A stretch of DNA of 55,035 bases, counting the filler, from Jimgerdemannia flammicorona (lineage: Eukaryota): the NCBI GenBank assembly GCA_003990765.1. It is 2 parts of 2 records of this genome, joined end to end, with 100 filler letters (N's around TTAATTAATTAA, not from the genome) between each part and the next. Parts side by side here need not be neighbours in the genome. Positions count along the whole stretch, not along the records: positions 1 to 27,496 come from RBNJ01000626.1; 1 more part is not named here. One strand, written 5' to 3'. How positions within the stretch are numbered: the first letter of the stretch is position 1; every line of letters starts with the position of its first letter. Both the position numbers and the translations under genes were made by a program. A model generated the notes under the pieces. The model saw nothing but the letters and a program-made list of their open reading frames with translations, had not been told where the DNA came from and searched no databases. Of the stretch, positions 12,956 to 24,989 are shown one piece after another.

Positions 12956-14981
12956 AGAGACTTGTACCTTTATTTCTCTATAGTTGATCTGTATCTTCTG
13001 GGCATTGAGGTCAATGATGGCCTTGGTCTTATAAATCTATTGATTGCTAATGAGGATGTCATAGTTGGTGGCACTTGTAATAATCACATCTACTGGAATA
13101 GTAGCTCCTCCTATCTTGATGAGGACTTCTCAGATTTTGCCAAGGGAGGTAGCTCATGTATCATCTACTATGACATAGACTATCTTGGTAGACTCTTCAA
13201 TGTCTCAGCCTAGGCAGTCAATTGCCTTCTTGCTCATAAGGCATCCTCTAGCACCAGTATCAATGATGGCATCAAAGATACAATCTTCAATCTGACATGG
13301 GGTATAGGCTGATATCTTGTACTGGTCTTCAGATTCTTTATCTGAGTCTTCTTAATCATCTTCTTTTATATTGTGAGCTTCTACAATCTTGTACTCTTGA
13401 TTCTTGATAGTAGTTGTAAGTCCTACTCTTAACTACTATCTGAAGGCAGAGACTTTAGCTAGCTGTCCAAAAGTAGCATTGATCTTCTGTTCCTTGAGAT
13501 CTTTGTAGATATTATACTGGTGGATCTTAGTCTTATATAGCTTCTGTTCTCTCTTGCTTTCACTTTCTTCTAAGACTAGAGTAGTATATTCAATAATTTG
13601 ATAGGCAGCTTCATTTAACTCTATGTCTTGATCAATCTTCTCAGATTGGATCTTGCTTTGAATAGTGACAGCTGGGGTCTTCTTCAGTCTTTCAACTGGC
13701 TTGCTGTTGCTCTTATTGTCATAGGGCTTAGACTGGGTTCTGATATCTTTAGTAGCAGGGTAGAATTCGAGCTCTTTGTAGTATTCTTCATCATCAGTAT
13801 TACCAATCTTCTTGATGACTACTGCATTGGTTTGTTCTCTAGTTCTGGTAGCATTACTTGGTTGAGCTTTGTATCTTATTTCAGTTATGCAATTCTTTGC
13901 ATAGTGGCCTTTTTCTCTACATCTGAAGCATGTGATATTATATTCTTCTATAATAGCTACACATCTCTATACTGGTCTCCTGTTGGCACTTCAGACTTCT
14001 CTAATAATATTGCCAAGGTGTGCAGTCATCTTGATGAACTGCTTGGCAAGTTCCTCCACTAGGTCAGCTTTGGCTATCTTGGAGGTAGGTGGAGATGATT
14101 GTCTATTTACAATTGTGGTGGGTATAATACTAGTTGGCTTTGATGACTTCATTTTGATGCTAGTTATTTTCTCCATTAAGTGTTTGGTGGGGTATCTGAC
14201 AGTTTAATATCTCTGTACAAAGACTACTTTCTGATCAAGGGTTGGTGCAGCTGGGGTAAATCAGATTGCTAAGGCAATTTCAGAGCGAACTCCTTTAAGA
14301 AAGGTTGAATCTGCTATTTGTTCCTTAAGATAGTCATCATAGTCAGTCAAGATAATCTGATAGTAGATTTGGATATAGAATGAGTTGGAATCTTCACTGA
14401 GTCTCTGGCAGATAGTATTGAGTTGATCCTTGAGAGCTTGCTTGATCTCTTCAGTATAGTATATAGTTCTGAGAAAGGTCTTCATATAGATAAGTCTGGC
14501 TGCACCAGTATTAGCAATAGTGACTGCATTGAACTTATCTCTGACAGGTCCTCTGAGGCTGACTGATAGAAGGACTAATTGTACATCCACATTGAGGACT
14601 TGTAGAGTGGCAAATTGTTCAAAGTCTTTAATGAAGGTCAGGATTGACTCTTCAGTAGTATATCTATAGAATATAGAGAGATGTATTTTTATCTTATCTT
14701 GAATTCATACAGGGGTGACTCTTGTAGTCAGGTAGTTATTGTAGTAGTTGTTTATTTTTCAGCTTGAAAGTGAGGGATTCATCTTGAATCATCAGCCAAT
14801 GGGTACTAAGTTGTTATGTAGTAGTTGCTGAGTCCTTCAAATATATCAGATTCTCTTTAAAATATATCTCTTAGACTAACTCAAGTTTGTTATAAGCAAG
14901 TTCTTATTGAAGTATCTTCCCAAGGTCTTATAGTCCTCAAACTTCTTATCTTTAAACTGTCATATTATCTCTTAGATTGCT

Positions 14982-16396
14982 TGTAAGAGATTGTGTGTAA
15001 GTGAATCAGAACTGACTTTATTTCAGAAGAAATAAGAAGAATATTTATACAAAATATAATTCAATAGTTACTAAGATATAAAGCTAAATATAAATTCCAA
15101 TAACCAAATAAAATGCTGGAACACAGAAAACTGCTAAGTTTCAGGATTGGTACAGATGGTTGTACAGGTTCAGGATGCTGGTATAATTTCAGTAATATAG
15201 GAAAATAGTACTGGAATAATTCTGAGTTACACAAGATCAGAATGCTGATAGAGGAATAGCTGTTATATAGGAAATAGATACTAGCATAATTCAGTATAAC
15301 TAAGGGACTTAGAGCAGAATGTTCAGGACTATGAGGGCTTCATCCTCATCATTGCTGAAGGAGATGATGTCTATAAACATTTTATCCATCTCATTATATA
15401 GGTTATACATTTCGTGTATATCATACATTTTGCATACTTCATGTATATCATGTGAGATGACATCATCATATTCAGTGGCAGCAGAAACAAGGAGGTCTGG
15501 AGCTCTCCAGTCTATGAGGTTCTCTTCCACAAAATAGAGAACAAATGTGGGGTCTTGGAGAGATCTAACCTGGATACTTGGGCATTAGAATACTGAGATC
15601 AATCCTTATAAGAATTGATCTGAGTTGTCCTGGAGGATGGGATATCAGAAGTCTTCTACTTCATCACTATTGAGGGTAATAGTGGACTAGACTTCTATAG
15701 CCACCCTGGCTTCTAGTATATTGATATAGTAGGCTGATAGATCTCTGAAGTCTGAGACTCTAATATACTCCAAGTTGGAGATCAACTATAATGTATACCT
15801 GAAGATCTGATGAATCTTCTTAGCTGTCCTTGCTTTATATATATTCATAGGAGTGATATCTTGTAACTCTTGGGGGCTGGTCTGTAGGAACTCTCAGTAG
15901 AGAAGGTTTCCTATTTTGTACTCTTGCTACATTTGGAGGTATTTTGTAGCAATGGTGATCTTTGTTTCTATTTCATAATGATAGAGAATAAAATGATAAG
16001 GATCTCTGGTATCTAGGTCAAGGTTAGAAGTTCTTCTTATATAGATCCTCATGGCTCTTCTGATGTCTTGAAATATCCTTTCTTTAACTGAGGTACCTTG
16101 GTGATTTCTTGACCTTGAGGTTTAGTAAGCAGCAGATATTTCATTTGTAGTAAGTCTTTGAGCTATTTTGGGATTAGTGGGTCTTATTGAGTTGCTGCTA
16201 CTGTAGTTCTTTGATCCTTCTTTTATATTCCTCAAGGTACTTGTACTGTGGTCACAATGACTCATAGTTGGTCATCATTGCTCATCTTATAGCCTGGGTG
16301 AGTCATGCCATATAATCTTCTTGTACTCTGATCTGATGGCTTATAAGAAATTACTGTCTCTTATGCTGATATCATTATTCTGAGGTCACTGTTACA
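14982..16396 (-). repeat. 5' LTR of Gypsy A (~1.4 kb)
   Basis: TGTAA...TTACA termini; homologous to 8790-8978 and 53750-55035. Confidence 0.88.
15309..16139 (-). pseudogene. LTR-embedded accessory ORF, decayed copy
   Basis: Colinear with 53991-54827. The start codon is mutated to ATA. The C-terminus reads EENLIDWRAPDLL...IVLNILL. Confidence 0.8.
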
Positions 16397-18262
16397 ATAC
16401 CTGAGCCTAAGCCAGAGATATCTGAGCCAAGAATAATAGAGATCAAAGATAATAACAGTGAATCCTCTAACAATGAGAGATCCTCTATAAAGAGTAAAAA
16501 GTACTTAAATATTTGGTAAGAAACTTGTTCAGAATTGGAAAATTATTGAGATACACCAATAAGTTCTCAACAGTAATATAAGAACTATGTAAGCTCTGTC
16601 AAAGCATACAAATGTGCATATATCATGATATTCTCTGGTAAGCCAAATATGTATAATAAAGCTATAACTACCAGTTCTAATAGTGAGAGATAAAAGTAAG
16701 CTATGGATGAGGAATATGATTCACTTATTGAGAACAGCACATGAGATCTGATATCTCTTTCACCAAACTGTTAAGTAATTAGATCAATAAGGGTGTATAA
16801 GATAAAGTACAATGCTAAAAGAAATATAGAGTAGTATAAAGCTCATTTTATTGCTAAGAGTTACTTGCAAGATTGTAATGTTGATTATAATGAAATCTTT
16901 TCACTAGTATTCAAGCTTACTTTGCTTAGAATACTTCTTGTGATCAGTATACTATATGATCTAGAAATCTATCAAATAGATATTAAGACAGCCTTTCTGA
17001 ATAGTGATATAGATACTAAACTATATATTTGCTAACTATAAAGATACAAACTATATAATAACTAGAATAGCAAGCTTATATATAGACTATATAAAGAATT
17101 ATATATGTAGCATTAAGTAAGTAGTATGCCTATATAATAAAAGAATTAATAAATATCTCCTTGACAATGGATTCAAGTATTACAAAGTAGATAATTATAT
17201 ATATCTAATATTATAACAATGACATAGTATTCATTAGCATATATATTGATGATATTATCATTATAGCTAGCAATAATAGGCTTAATAGAGTAAAGGAAAC
17301 TCTATATTAAAAATTCAAGATGACTGGTGATGTATCCTTCCTTTTAGAGATATCCATAATATATAATAGGAATATATATACCATATACCTCTTGCAAGTA
17401 ACATATGCTCAAATAATTCTCAAATATTTTAATATGAGTAATTATAAGTCCATTGGCACATTAATAGAGATTTCTGTAAAGTTAAAGAAACCACACACCA
17501 CACCTAAGGATAATGATAACAAAAATATTCTCTATCAGCAAGTAGTTGGCTCCCTCATATACCTTATACTAGAAACAAGACCTGATATATCATATGCTAT
17601 AAATAAGGTGGCACAGTATTACTCTTACTATAATAATTTACATTGAAGTACTATTAAGAGGATTTTCTAATACTTAAAGGGATCAGTATACTATATACTT
17701 ATACTGAGTAATAATATTAGATTAAGTGAGAGCAATGGTAAGAGCAATGATAAGAACAATAATATCTAGCTATCTGGTATATGTAATACTGATTGGGCTG
17801 GAGACTTAGATGACTACCAGTCTATAACTGGATATCTCTTCTATATTGACAATTAAGGATCTATCATTTTATAGCAAATACATAAGTAGAGTTCCATGAC
17901 AACATCTTCAATATAGGTAGAGTATCAGACATTATCATTGGTAACAAAGAAAGCTATTTGGCTCTGTGAACTATTAAAGGAGCTTAGTTTCACTTAGGAA
18001 TAAAACTCTATGCTAATCAAGCAGAATAATCAATTGACAATAGTATTTACCAAGAACTCAATACACTATAGCAGAACAAAACATATTGATATATAGTACT
18101 ATTTTATTTATGAATATATAGTAAATAGTGCTATATACTTATAATATATCTCTATAGAATATATGATTGCAGATTTACTTACTAAAGCTCTTCTAAGACT
18201 AAAGTTTAAGTAATGTACTAAAGAAATGAGTCTTATGAGTACTATACCAATATTCAGTTGAT
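16397..18262 (+). pseudogene. Ty1/Copia pol 3' half (RT-RNase H), heavily mutated
   Basis: Motifs AMDEEYDSL, DIKTAFLN, YIDDI, YQQVVGSLIYL..TRPDISYA, DWAGDLDD and SRTKHIDI. Confidence 0.93.
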
Positions 18263-18588
18263 TATGGAATACTTTTCAGGCTTTAAAAAGCCTCTCTTAC
18301 TATATATATATTGGTTGCATTCCTCATCTATAAGTAGATAACATTATGATATATTTCTACAAATATTTCAGATATTTTAGAACACTTTTAACCCATGAAA
18401 ATTCTTACATTACCATTCTTTTACTATATTATTTACCTATTTTCATACTTATAAGTAGGAAATTTTGACCTTCTGCAGTTATCTAGATAGCACTCTATTG
18501 ATCATATTTAGTTTACTTTAGTTTACTTCTATTCTAGTTTATATTCTTTTTTTGAGTATATTTACATTCTTTTTTTATATATACATAT

Positions 18589-18852
18589 CCCTTTGTCTGT
18601 AGATAAGATCATCTTTTAAAATCATTTAGCAGACAAATTAAAGTTTGAAAAAAATGATTTTTTGAAATGTTAAAAATATATCTCAATTTGTTTAAAAATA
18701 ATTTTTTTTTTTTTTTTGTAAAATTTTTACCAAAGGTAGAATTATTATATAAAAAATTATTGGTAAATTTTTTTTTAAAAGTTATTATGATTTTAAAAGT
18801 TATAAACTTTTAAAATCTTGCCTCTAAATATAGGTACAAAACAGTCAAAGAG
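18589..18852. mobile_element. Possible AT-rich MITE
   Basis: Imperfect 12-bp inverted ends CCCTTTGTCTGT / ACAGTCAAAGAG, each flanked by ATAT. Confidence 0.4.
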
Positions 18853-18875
18853 ATATATATCTCATTGAGTAAGAG

Positions 18876-20438
18876 TGTTGGAATAGTAACTTGATATATC
18901 AATATGTGATTAGTGATTTCATCAGTTTTACATTATCTATCAGTAATGTGTGGAATATATATCCTATGCAAACTTAATAAAAACACCTCTTTTTTCAATA
19001 TTATCTTTCTAACTATTGTGACAAATAATAGAATTATACTGCTGAAATCATAAATTAGCTATATATTATATCTAGTATACTAAGCAACCAAGACTGCTTT
19101 ACTGTGCCAACCTGTATATTTAGCTAGAGATATCAGAAAGAGTATATTTACCTGTACCCTCCAGATATACTATACTCTTAAGATATACTATATCCTCAAG
19201 GTACACCATACCCTCAAAGTACACTGTACTCTCAAGGAAACACTTATCATAGTTAGCAACCTATAGTTAGCAATGTAGTAACTACAACTATACAAAATAC
19301 CCCAGAGACAAGAGTGAATAAACCTTATCTAAAATTTGAACTCAAAGCAAAAGATAAGTCTGCCTACAATACTTCAAGAGGAACTCTACAACTACTGCTA
19401 GGAGATTGTGAGCTTTGCTATTTCATTTTCACTCTGGTCTCCTTTCTGATACAAAGCCTTGGTTTGCTTACTAGATAAGCCTGAGTTTGTCACCCAAGTT
19501 TGAGGAAGAACTTCACTGCCATTTGAGTAATCTATCACTTAAGGAATAAGCTACTATATTTTGGTTTGCTTGTTAGATAAGTCTGAAGAATTCAAGTTAT
19601 CTGCATTCTCAGAGAGCCCTTAAGAAACCTTGCCATAAGCTAGTCTCTTGATACAACTTTACAGTGATATGTTCATATAAATAAAGTTAGTCTTTAATGT
19701 AACTTACCAAGAATCTGAGTTATTTCCCAGAAGAACCCCACTAATTCAGAAAGAATCCATAATATCTGAGTTATCTGAGTTATTTGAGTTATCTGAGTTA
19801 TCTGAGTAATCTGCATCATCTAAGTTATCTGAGCTACCCATATTATCTAAGTTATTTATTTGTTCTTAGTGAGCTAATACAGAAAAATCTGCTATCAGTA
19901 TTATTCTCAATAAGCTGCCAATTTAGAAATAATCCATGCTACCCTCTATTCCCAGAGAACCCATGCCCAAATCAAGTTATTCAGAAATCACATATTTTTG
20001 GAGATTGTCATACTATACAGAGATCACTCATTACTTGAGAAGAAGAACCACTAAATTGCCAGACCATCATATAGAGATTATTGTGCTATACAGAGATCAC
20101 TTGCCACCCAAGAAGAAACCCCACTAAATTGTCAGATCACATACATAAAGAATGCCTACACCACATATACAAATTGCTGCTATACCCAAAGAACTGTCCC
20201 AATAAGGAAATTGCTCGCAGATATCCAGCTTTGACTATTATACCACTAAACACTAAGAACATTTTGTTACTTTTAACAAAGTAACTAGGGGCTCAAGCCA
20301 AACTACATCAATCTCCAATCTTGTAATTTGCCTCTATTGAGCTAGATATATTATACTATATAGAGTCTTTTTTTTTTAGCTAAACTGCTTCTTTCTACAA
20401 AACAGATATAAGTTCCTTTGGAGACTTCTATTCTAACA
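18876..20438 (+). repeat. Putative Copia 3' LTR, possibly with an internal insertion
   Basis: A purine-rich tract precedes TGTTGGAATAG and the inverted end CTATTCTAACA is at 20428-20438. Internal short tandem repeats (CTGAGTTAT). Confidence 0.45.
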
Positions 20439-20699
20439 TCTGTGGTAATGATCACTTACTTGTCTGATTCAATAATTATTTCTACACTTGAGTAGATATC
20501 ATAGCTAGTATTGGATTTATATACTTTGTCTAAGATTTTTATAATAATATAAAATTACTTAATTTTGATTTTTTTTTAGAGATTTCTTTAGAGTTATCTC
20601 TTATTATAGTAATAGTATATAAGGAGAATAGTTCTTTATTCATATTGATCTTCTTGTTAGGATATTTATAAGATATATATATATATCTCTACTAAGTCT

Positions 20700-22510
20700 C
20701 TCAAAACCTACTAGTCTTACCCTAATACAACATAACAGCCTCCTTCAACTTCATCCAGTAGACCTCTATCAGAGACCCCTCACTCTCTCAGTGAACAATC
20801 TTTGACTCAATATCTGCCACCTATATATATATCACACAACTTCTTCTTCTCTAGTAAGGAGAAATTGAGATACCAATGTTTAGGCCCATTACTACTCTCT
20901 CTAAGCTAACTATATTCTAATAATTACTAATAATCTGACCATGGGTACCACTCTATCTCCAAAGTTACTTAAATATCCATCTTTTAGTAGTCAGCTATTA
21001 ATATCTAATCTATCTTTATCTCAAGTCTATTTATTCAATAAGTATAAACCCTCTGATCCCTCTATACTATCTTGCTAGTATCTACTAATAAACTTAGATA
21101 CTTTACTTTCTTCCAAATGTCCAGACTATTAATATGGCCCACAGTATGACTCTTTTCATCAGTCCTGTCTAATAGTATATTTTACACTATGTTAAAGTCC
21201 CCTTTTAGTATATTTATACTAGCTTTAGCAAGGGTATTATACTTATAAAGTCTATCTAGCTACTCTAGTAATCACTTCTAACTGCTGGATAATAATAAGA
21301 ACCTACTATCACTAGATCTCACTCTGGTCTTTGCCACTCTCTCTATATTAATCAGTCTCTCTATCTCTCAATCTCACATAGTTCTCTCTTATCTCTCTAT
21401 ACTAAAATTTCCACCTTACTTCTCTAAACTACTATACTATTCTATTTTCTTATCTATATCTATCTATCTAATTTCTTCTCACAGTATATATCTTGCAATA
21501 AAAAAAGATCTGTCTCTAAATCTTTAGCTAACAGAGTCTCTCAGACTATTTATATATATTTAATAAGAAAATGTTAGTTATATTATTAATAAAAAAAATA
21601 GTATTTTATAGCATTCTCATCTCCTTTCTAGTTCTATACTCATCTCTTTTCTAGTCATATCTAGATTGTATTAACAATCTTCTTATCATTCTCTTAGTCT
21701 TTATCTTTTTCTTATACTTCTTATATCTCTACTTATCAGATTATTAATCCATTCTTCTGCCTCTACTAAAAACAATATACTCCTTAGTAACTACTACTAA
21801 ATCAGTCTTTCTTTCTACATTTATCTCATAGTCTTTATCTTCTAACAATATAGCTAAAACTTTAGTCTTCAGCTTCTCTATCACTCTATCATCTCTCAAT
21901 ACTCTCTCTTAGGACTTCTTGCTGATAATATACAAGTTTACCTCTCTTAGCTTCTCTGTAGTTAACTTATTTATCATTACATATATCCATTAAGTATCTC
22001 TTATATATTTTTCATCTGAAGTCACAGATCTCCTCTCTATTAGTAATATAGTATTAACTTTAGTACTAGCAGACTCATCCCACTTCTTCTCTAGAATATT
22101 ACGTATATAACTTATTCTCCTTTACTCCAACTATCTGCCCTCTCTTTACTATATCCAGTACTCTAAATCTGACCCTATATATATCTCTCATCTCTACATT
22201 CTCTACAATCTACCTTTCTTATATATTAGTCTATATTAGATATTCCTCCTTCTCCTCTCAGATCTTGAGTATATTATCATTATAGAGCTACTAACTCTCT
22301 GTCTTCCTACTCAATGCTATATTCTTCTCTCTCACTTTCATTCTATTTTTAGTCCAATTACTTACTATTACTTCTTCTAAACTCTTTCTACTCTAGTTAC
22401 TATTCTTTTCTTTAAACCAGCAAATAGATCTCTTTGCCTTTTTCTTCTCTGAGCCTTCTCCTATATTATCTTATCTATATATATCTACTTACTATTTACT
22501 ATCTTCAAAT
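20700..22510 (-). mobile_element. LINE copy 3 fragment (ORF1 C-terminus plus endonuclease), hypermutated
   Basis: Colinear with ~2800-4710 of copy 1, with most C/G converted to T/A. The ORF2 start homolog is near 21590. Confidence 0.8.
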
Positions 22511-23227
22511 ATATATATAATATATTTGAAGTTATAGCTAAAAATGAAGTTTAGAAATAATTAGTTATTTAGAATATCTCAATTTATGTATACACCCTTC
22601 ACATTCTAGTAGCTCTGATATAAACTTACTTCTCTGAGTCTTATATAGATAACAACCAGCTGGTCACTGAATGAGCTCTCTTTGATAAATGAGCTAGTAT
22701 ATAAGTACTGATAAGATATTGTTTATATAACTCAGAATTTAAAAGATTGAAATTATATATTTTTAAAAAACCACTAGTGAAAAAATTATTTGGCAAAAAA
22801 ATCAAGTGATGCTATAAAGGTTCTCTACTTATGAGAGGTGTAACTTTTTATTTCTTTAGAGAATAATATACCTTTGAGAGACAGTGTCCTCAGGAGATAG
22901 GGTACCCTCAGAGAATGGTTTGCCCAAATATGGTATGTCTAATTATTTATACCAATTGGTAGTACATATGAGTAACTATGTGGAGTAACTATGCTAGGTA
23001 TTATATATGTAGTTCTGCTATACTATAAAGTTCACTTATTACAATGTACTGAGTTAGGAATAATATTATCCATATATATATATATATTGGAGAACTCAAG
23101 TTGATTATTTTGTACTTTGATCTATTTAGTCTACAGCATTAATCTTGTCGGCGACCTGGGTGCTCAAGTCCAAGTATAAGGTGAGCTGTATATGTAACAA
23201 ACACTTCACCAGTTCGTCTATTAGCTG

Positions 23228-23264
<37 letters not shown>

Positions 23265-23585
23265 TCATAGTTTGCTGATAATTTAAATTCTCAACTCTAC
23301 CCAGTATAATATTTAAAACGGAATTTCGACCATACAAATTTTCATTGGAGATGCTAATCTTATCGTCCCGTCAGGCCGCCCTCAACGCTTTTGAGTCAGG
23401 GTATTTGAATTTCATGAAATAGGCGATTGTCCCTGATGATTATACAACAAGAAACTTTATTTCGTCGACAGCACTACATACTAGCCACATATACGGTTCG
23501 GGGGTTTTGGGTTGGCTGTGGTGCGGATCGTTGACGGTATTCAAATTGCTAAGCTAAGAGCATAAGGGTCATTCACAATCTCATC

Positions 23586-24989
23586 TCAGCCTCGACGATA
23601 TTTTATCCGATACTTATATCCTCCACGTAAGGTCATGCAGGGTACACCTTGTCGGGAAGATTGCGCCAGGCTGTCCCGTAATTGCATCCGTTGATCGAAA
23701 TGGCACAAGTATGGTCGTTTAATTAAATGCAGCGTTATAACATCACCATTTTTAATGTGTTTACCGTAATCGCGGTATACTGTTTGACCAAATATACGTC
23801 GGTAGTTGTCGCGGGTTTGGAAAGCCCATCCATACTTCTGGTTTGCTATTTTATCTGAATTCCTCTCCAACGAACTCAATCTCACAGTTGCCGTAAGTGC
23901 TAATGGATTCAATGACAATGTCCTTTCGCATAGATTGTTGTGAAACCTTCGTCTCAGGGACGGAAAGCCGCGCTGTCTGCATCGAAGTCCCCGATGGAAG
24001 TTCCACAACTTGGGCATCTTCCGAAACGATCACTTTAGAACTGATTTTCGATCCCACTGGAGATGCGCCTTTCCGCGACGTGCGGATGGACCCGTAGGGC
24101 ATACGGTGTCATGCAGGTATTATGAAAAACGTCATGTAGTATGGAGAGGTCTCTGCAAACGTGTCGACTGCCTCCGCGAGGCTTCTGAGTCGATGCAGGC
24201 AGACGAGCGTAATCAAGGTGGCTCATCATTTTGAGCAGCAAGGCGCGCGACGCGTCATCTCCAAGCCGGACTGTACCGCCACATCCCGCAACCATATCAT
24301 TGATGTCATGCAGAATACAACGGCGCTCCGAAGCTGACGGCGCATTATCCCAGACCCAGTCGACGACGCACGCAACAGCTCGTGCTCGGGAGTGGCAAGA
24401 GTTGCTACCTCGATGAGGAGTAGTTCAAGAGCTTCTTCGGAGAGGTCGGTCAGTTCGCCGATGGCGAGTTTGTAAGCGCGGAAAGGGTTGAGAAGCACAT
24501 TATGAAAGTCTTTGTTGGCTTCGCTCCAGGGATGGCGGCAACAGCTTCGCTGTGAAGCGATGAGGCGATACAAAAATCACTGAGGTTGTGTGCGCGTCCC
24601 AATACCATCTTCATGAGCTTGGGGAGGAATAGAGAGTTTGCTGCGCGGTACATTCCTACCGCGATGGAAACATTGACGGTGTTGAAGACTCTAGCACCTT
24701 TTAGGAAACCATAAAAATTGTGTTGAAAAATGCCACGGACGCAACTAAACTGTGTAAAGGAATCGAAATCGGCAACCCTTGAAGCGAGTACAGCACGGCA
24801 CGCGCCTAGTTCGACCCCATCATGATCCTTCCAGATAGAAGCGGTGTCGTCCTTGAGATTAACACCGCTTTTGGATTGTTCGACCGTGTACATAAAAGCA
24901 AGAGTTCTTTTGGGATGACTGAGGTGTGATTTCGACTGTGGAAAGAATCCCTTTCTGTTTGTACTTATATATATCTGAATGGCCGCCAT
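23586..24989 (-). pseudogene. BTB/POZ-BACK-SPRY protein gene, frameshifted
   Basis: BTB-like DGVELGACRAVLASR and MYRAANSLFLPKL. BACK-like LSEEALELLL...TPEHELL. SPRY-like YGKHIKNGDVITLHL and, in a shifted frame, ISINGCNYGTAWRNLPDKVYP. Confidence 0.65.

Larger units (their letters stand above)
9330..14780 (-). pseudogene. Gypsy A gag-pol (many stops)
   Basis: Gag, PR, dUTPase, RT, RNase H and integrase motifs occur in order. Boundaries are approximate. Confidence 0.88.
8790..16396 (-). mobile_element. Ty3/Gypsy LTR retrotransposon family A (gag-PR-dUTPase-RT-RH-IN)
   Basis: Gag knuckle CFRCREKGHYAKNC (~13890-13935), protease IIDTGA (~13260), RT YIDDV (~11350), RNase H QTDAS (~10915), integrase YHPQENGQ and WEGPF. 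PPT AGGAGGAAGA abuts the TGTAACA of the 3' LTR. Confidence 0.95.

Noticed and set aside
22772..22790. CACTAGTGAAAAA, resembling a CACTA TIR
   Set aside because: No partner TIR, TSD or transposase found.
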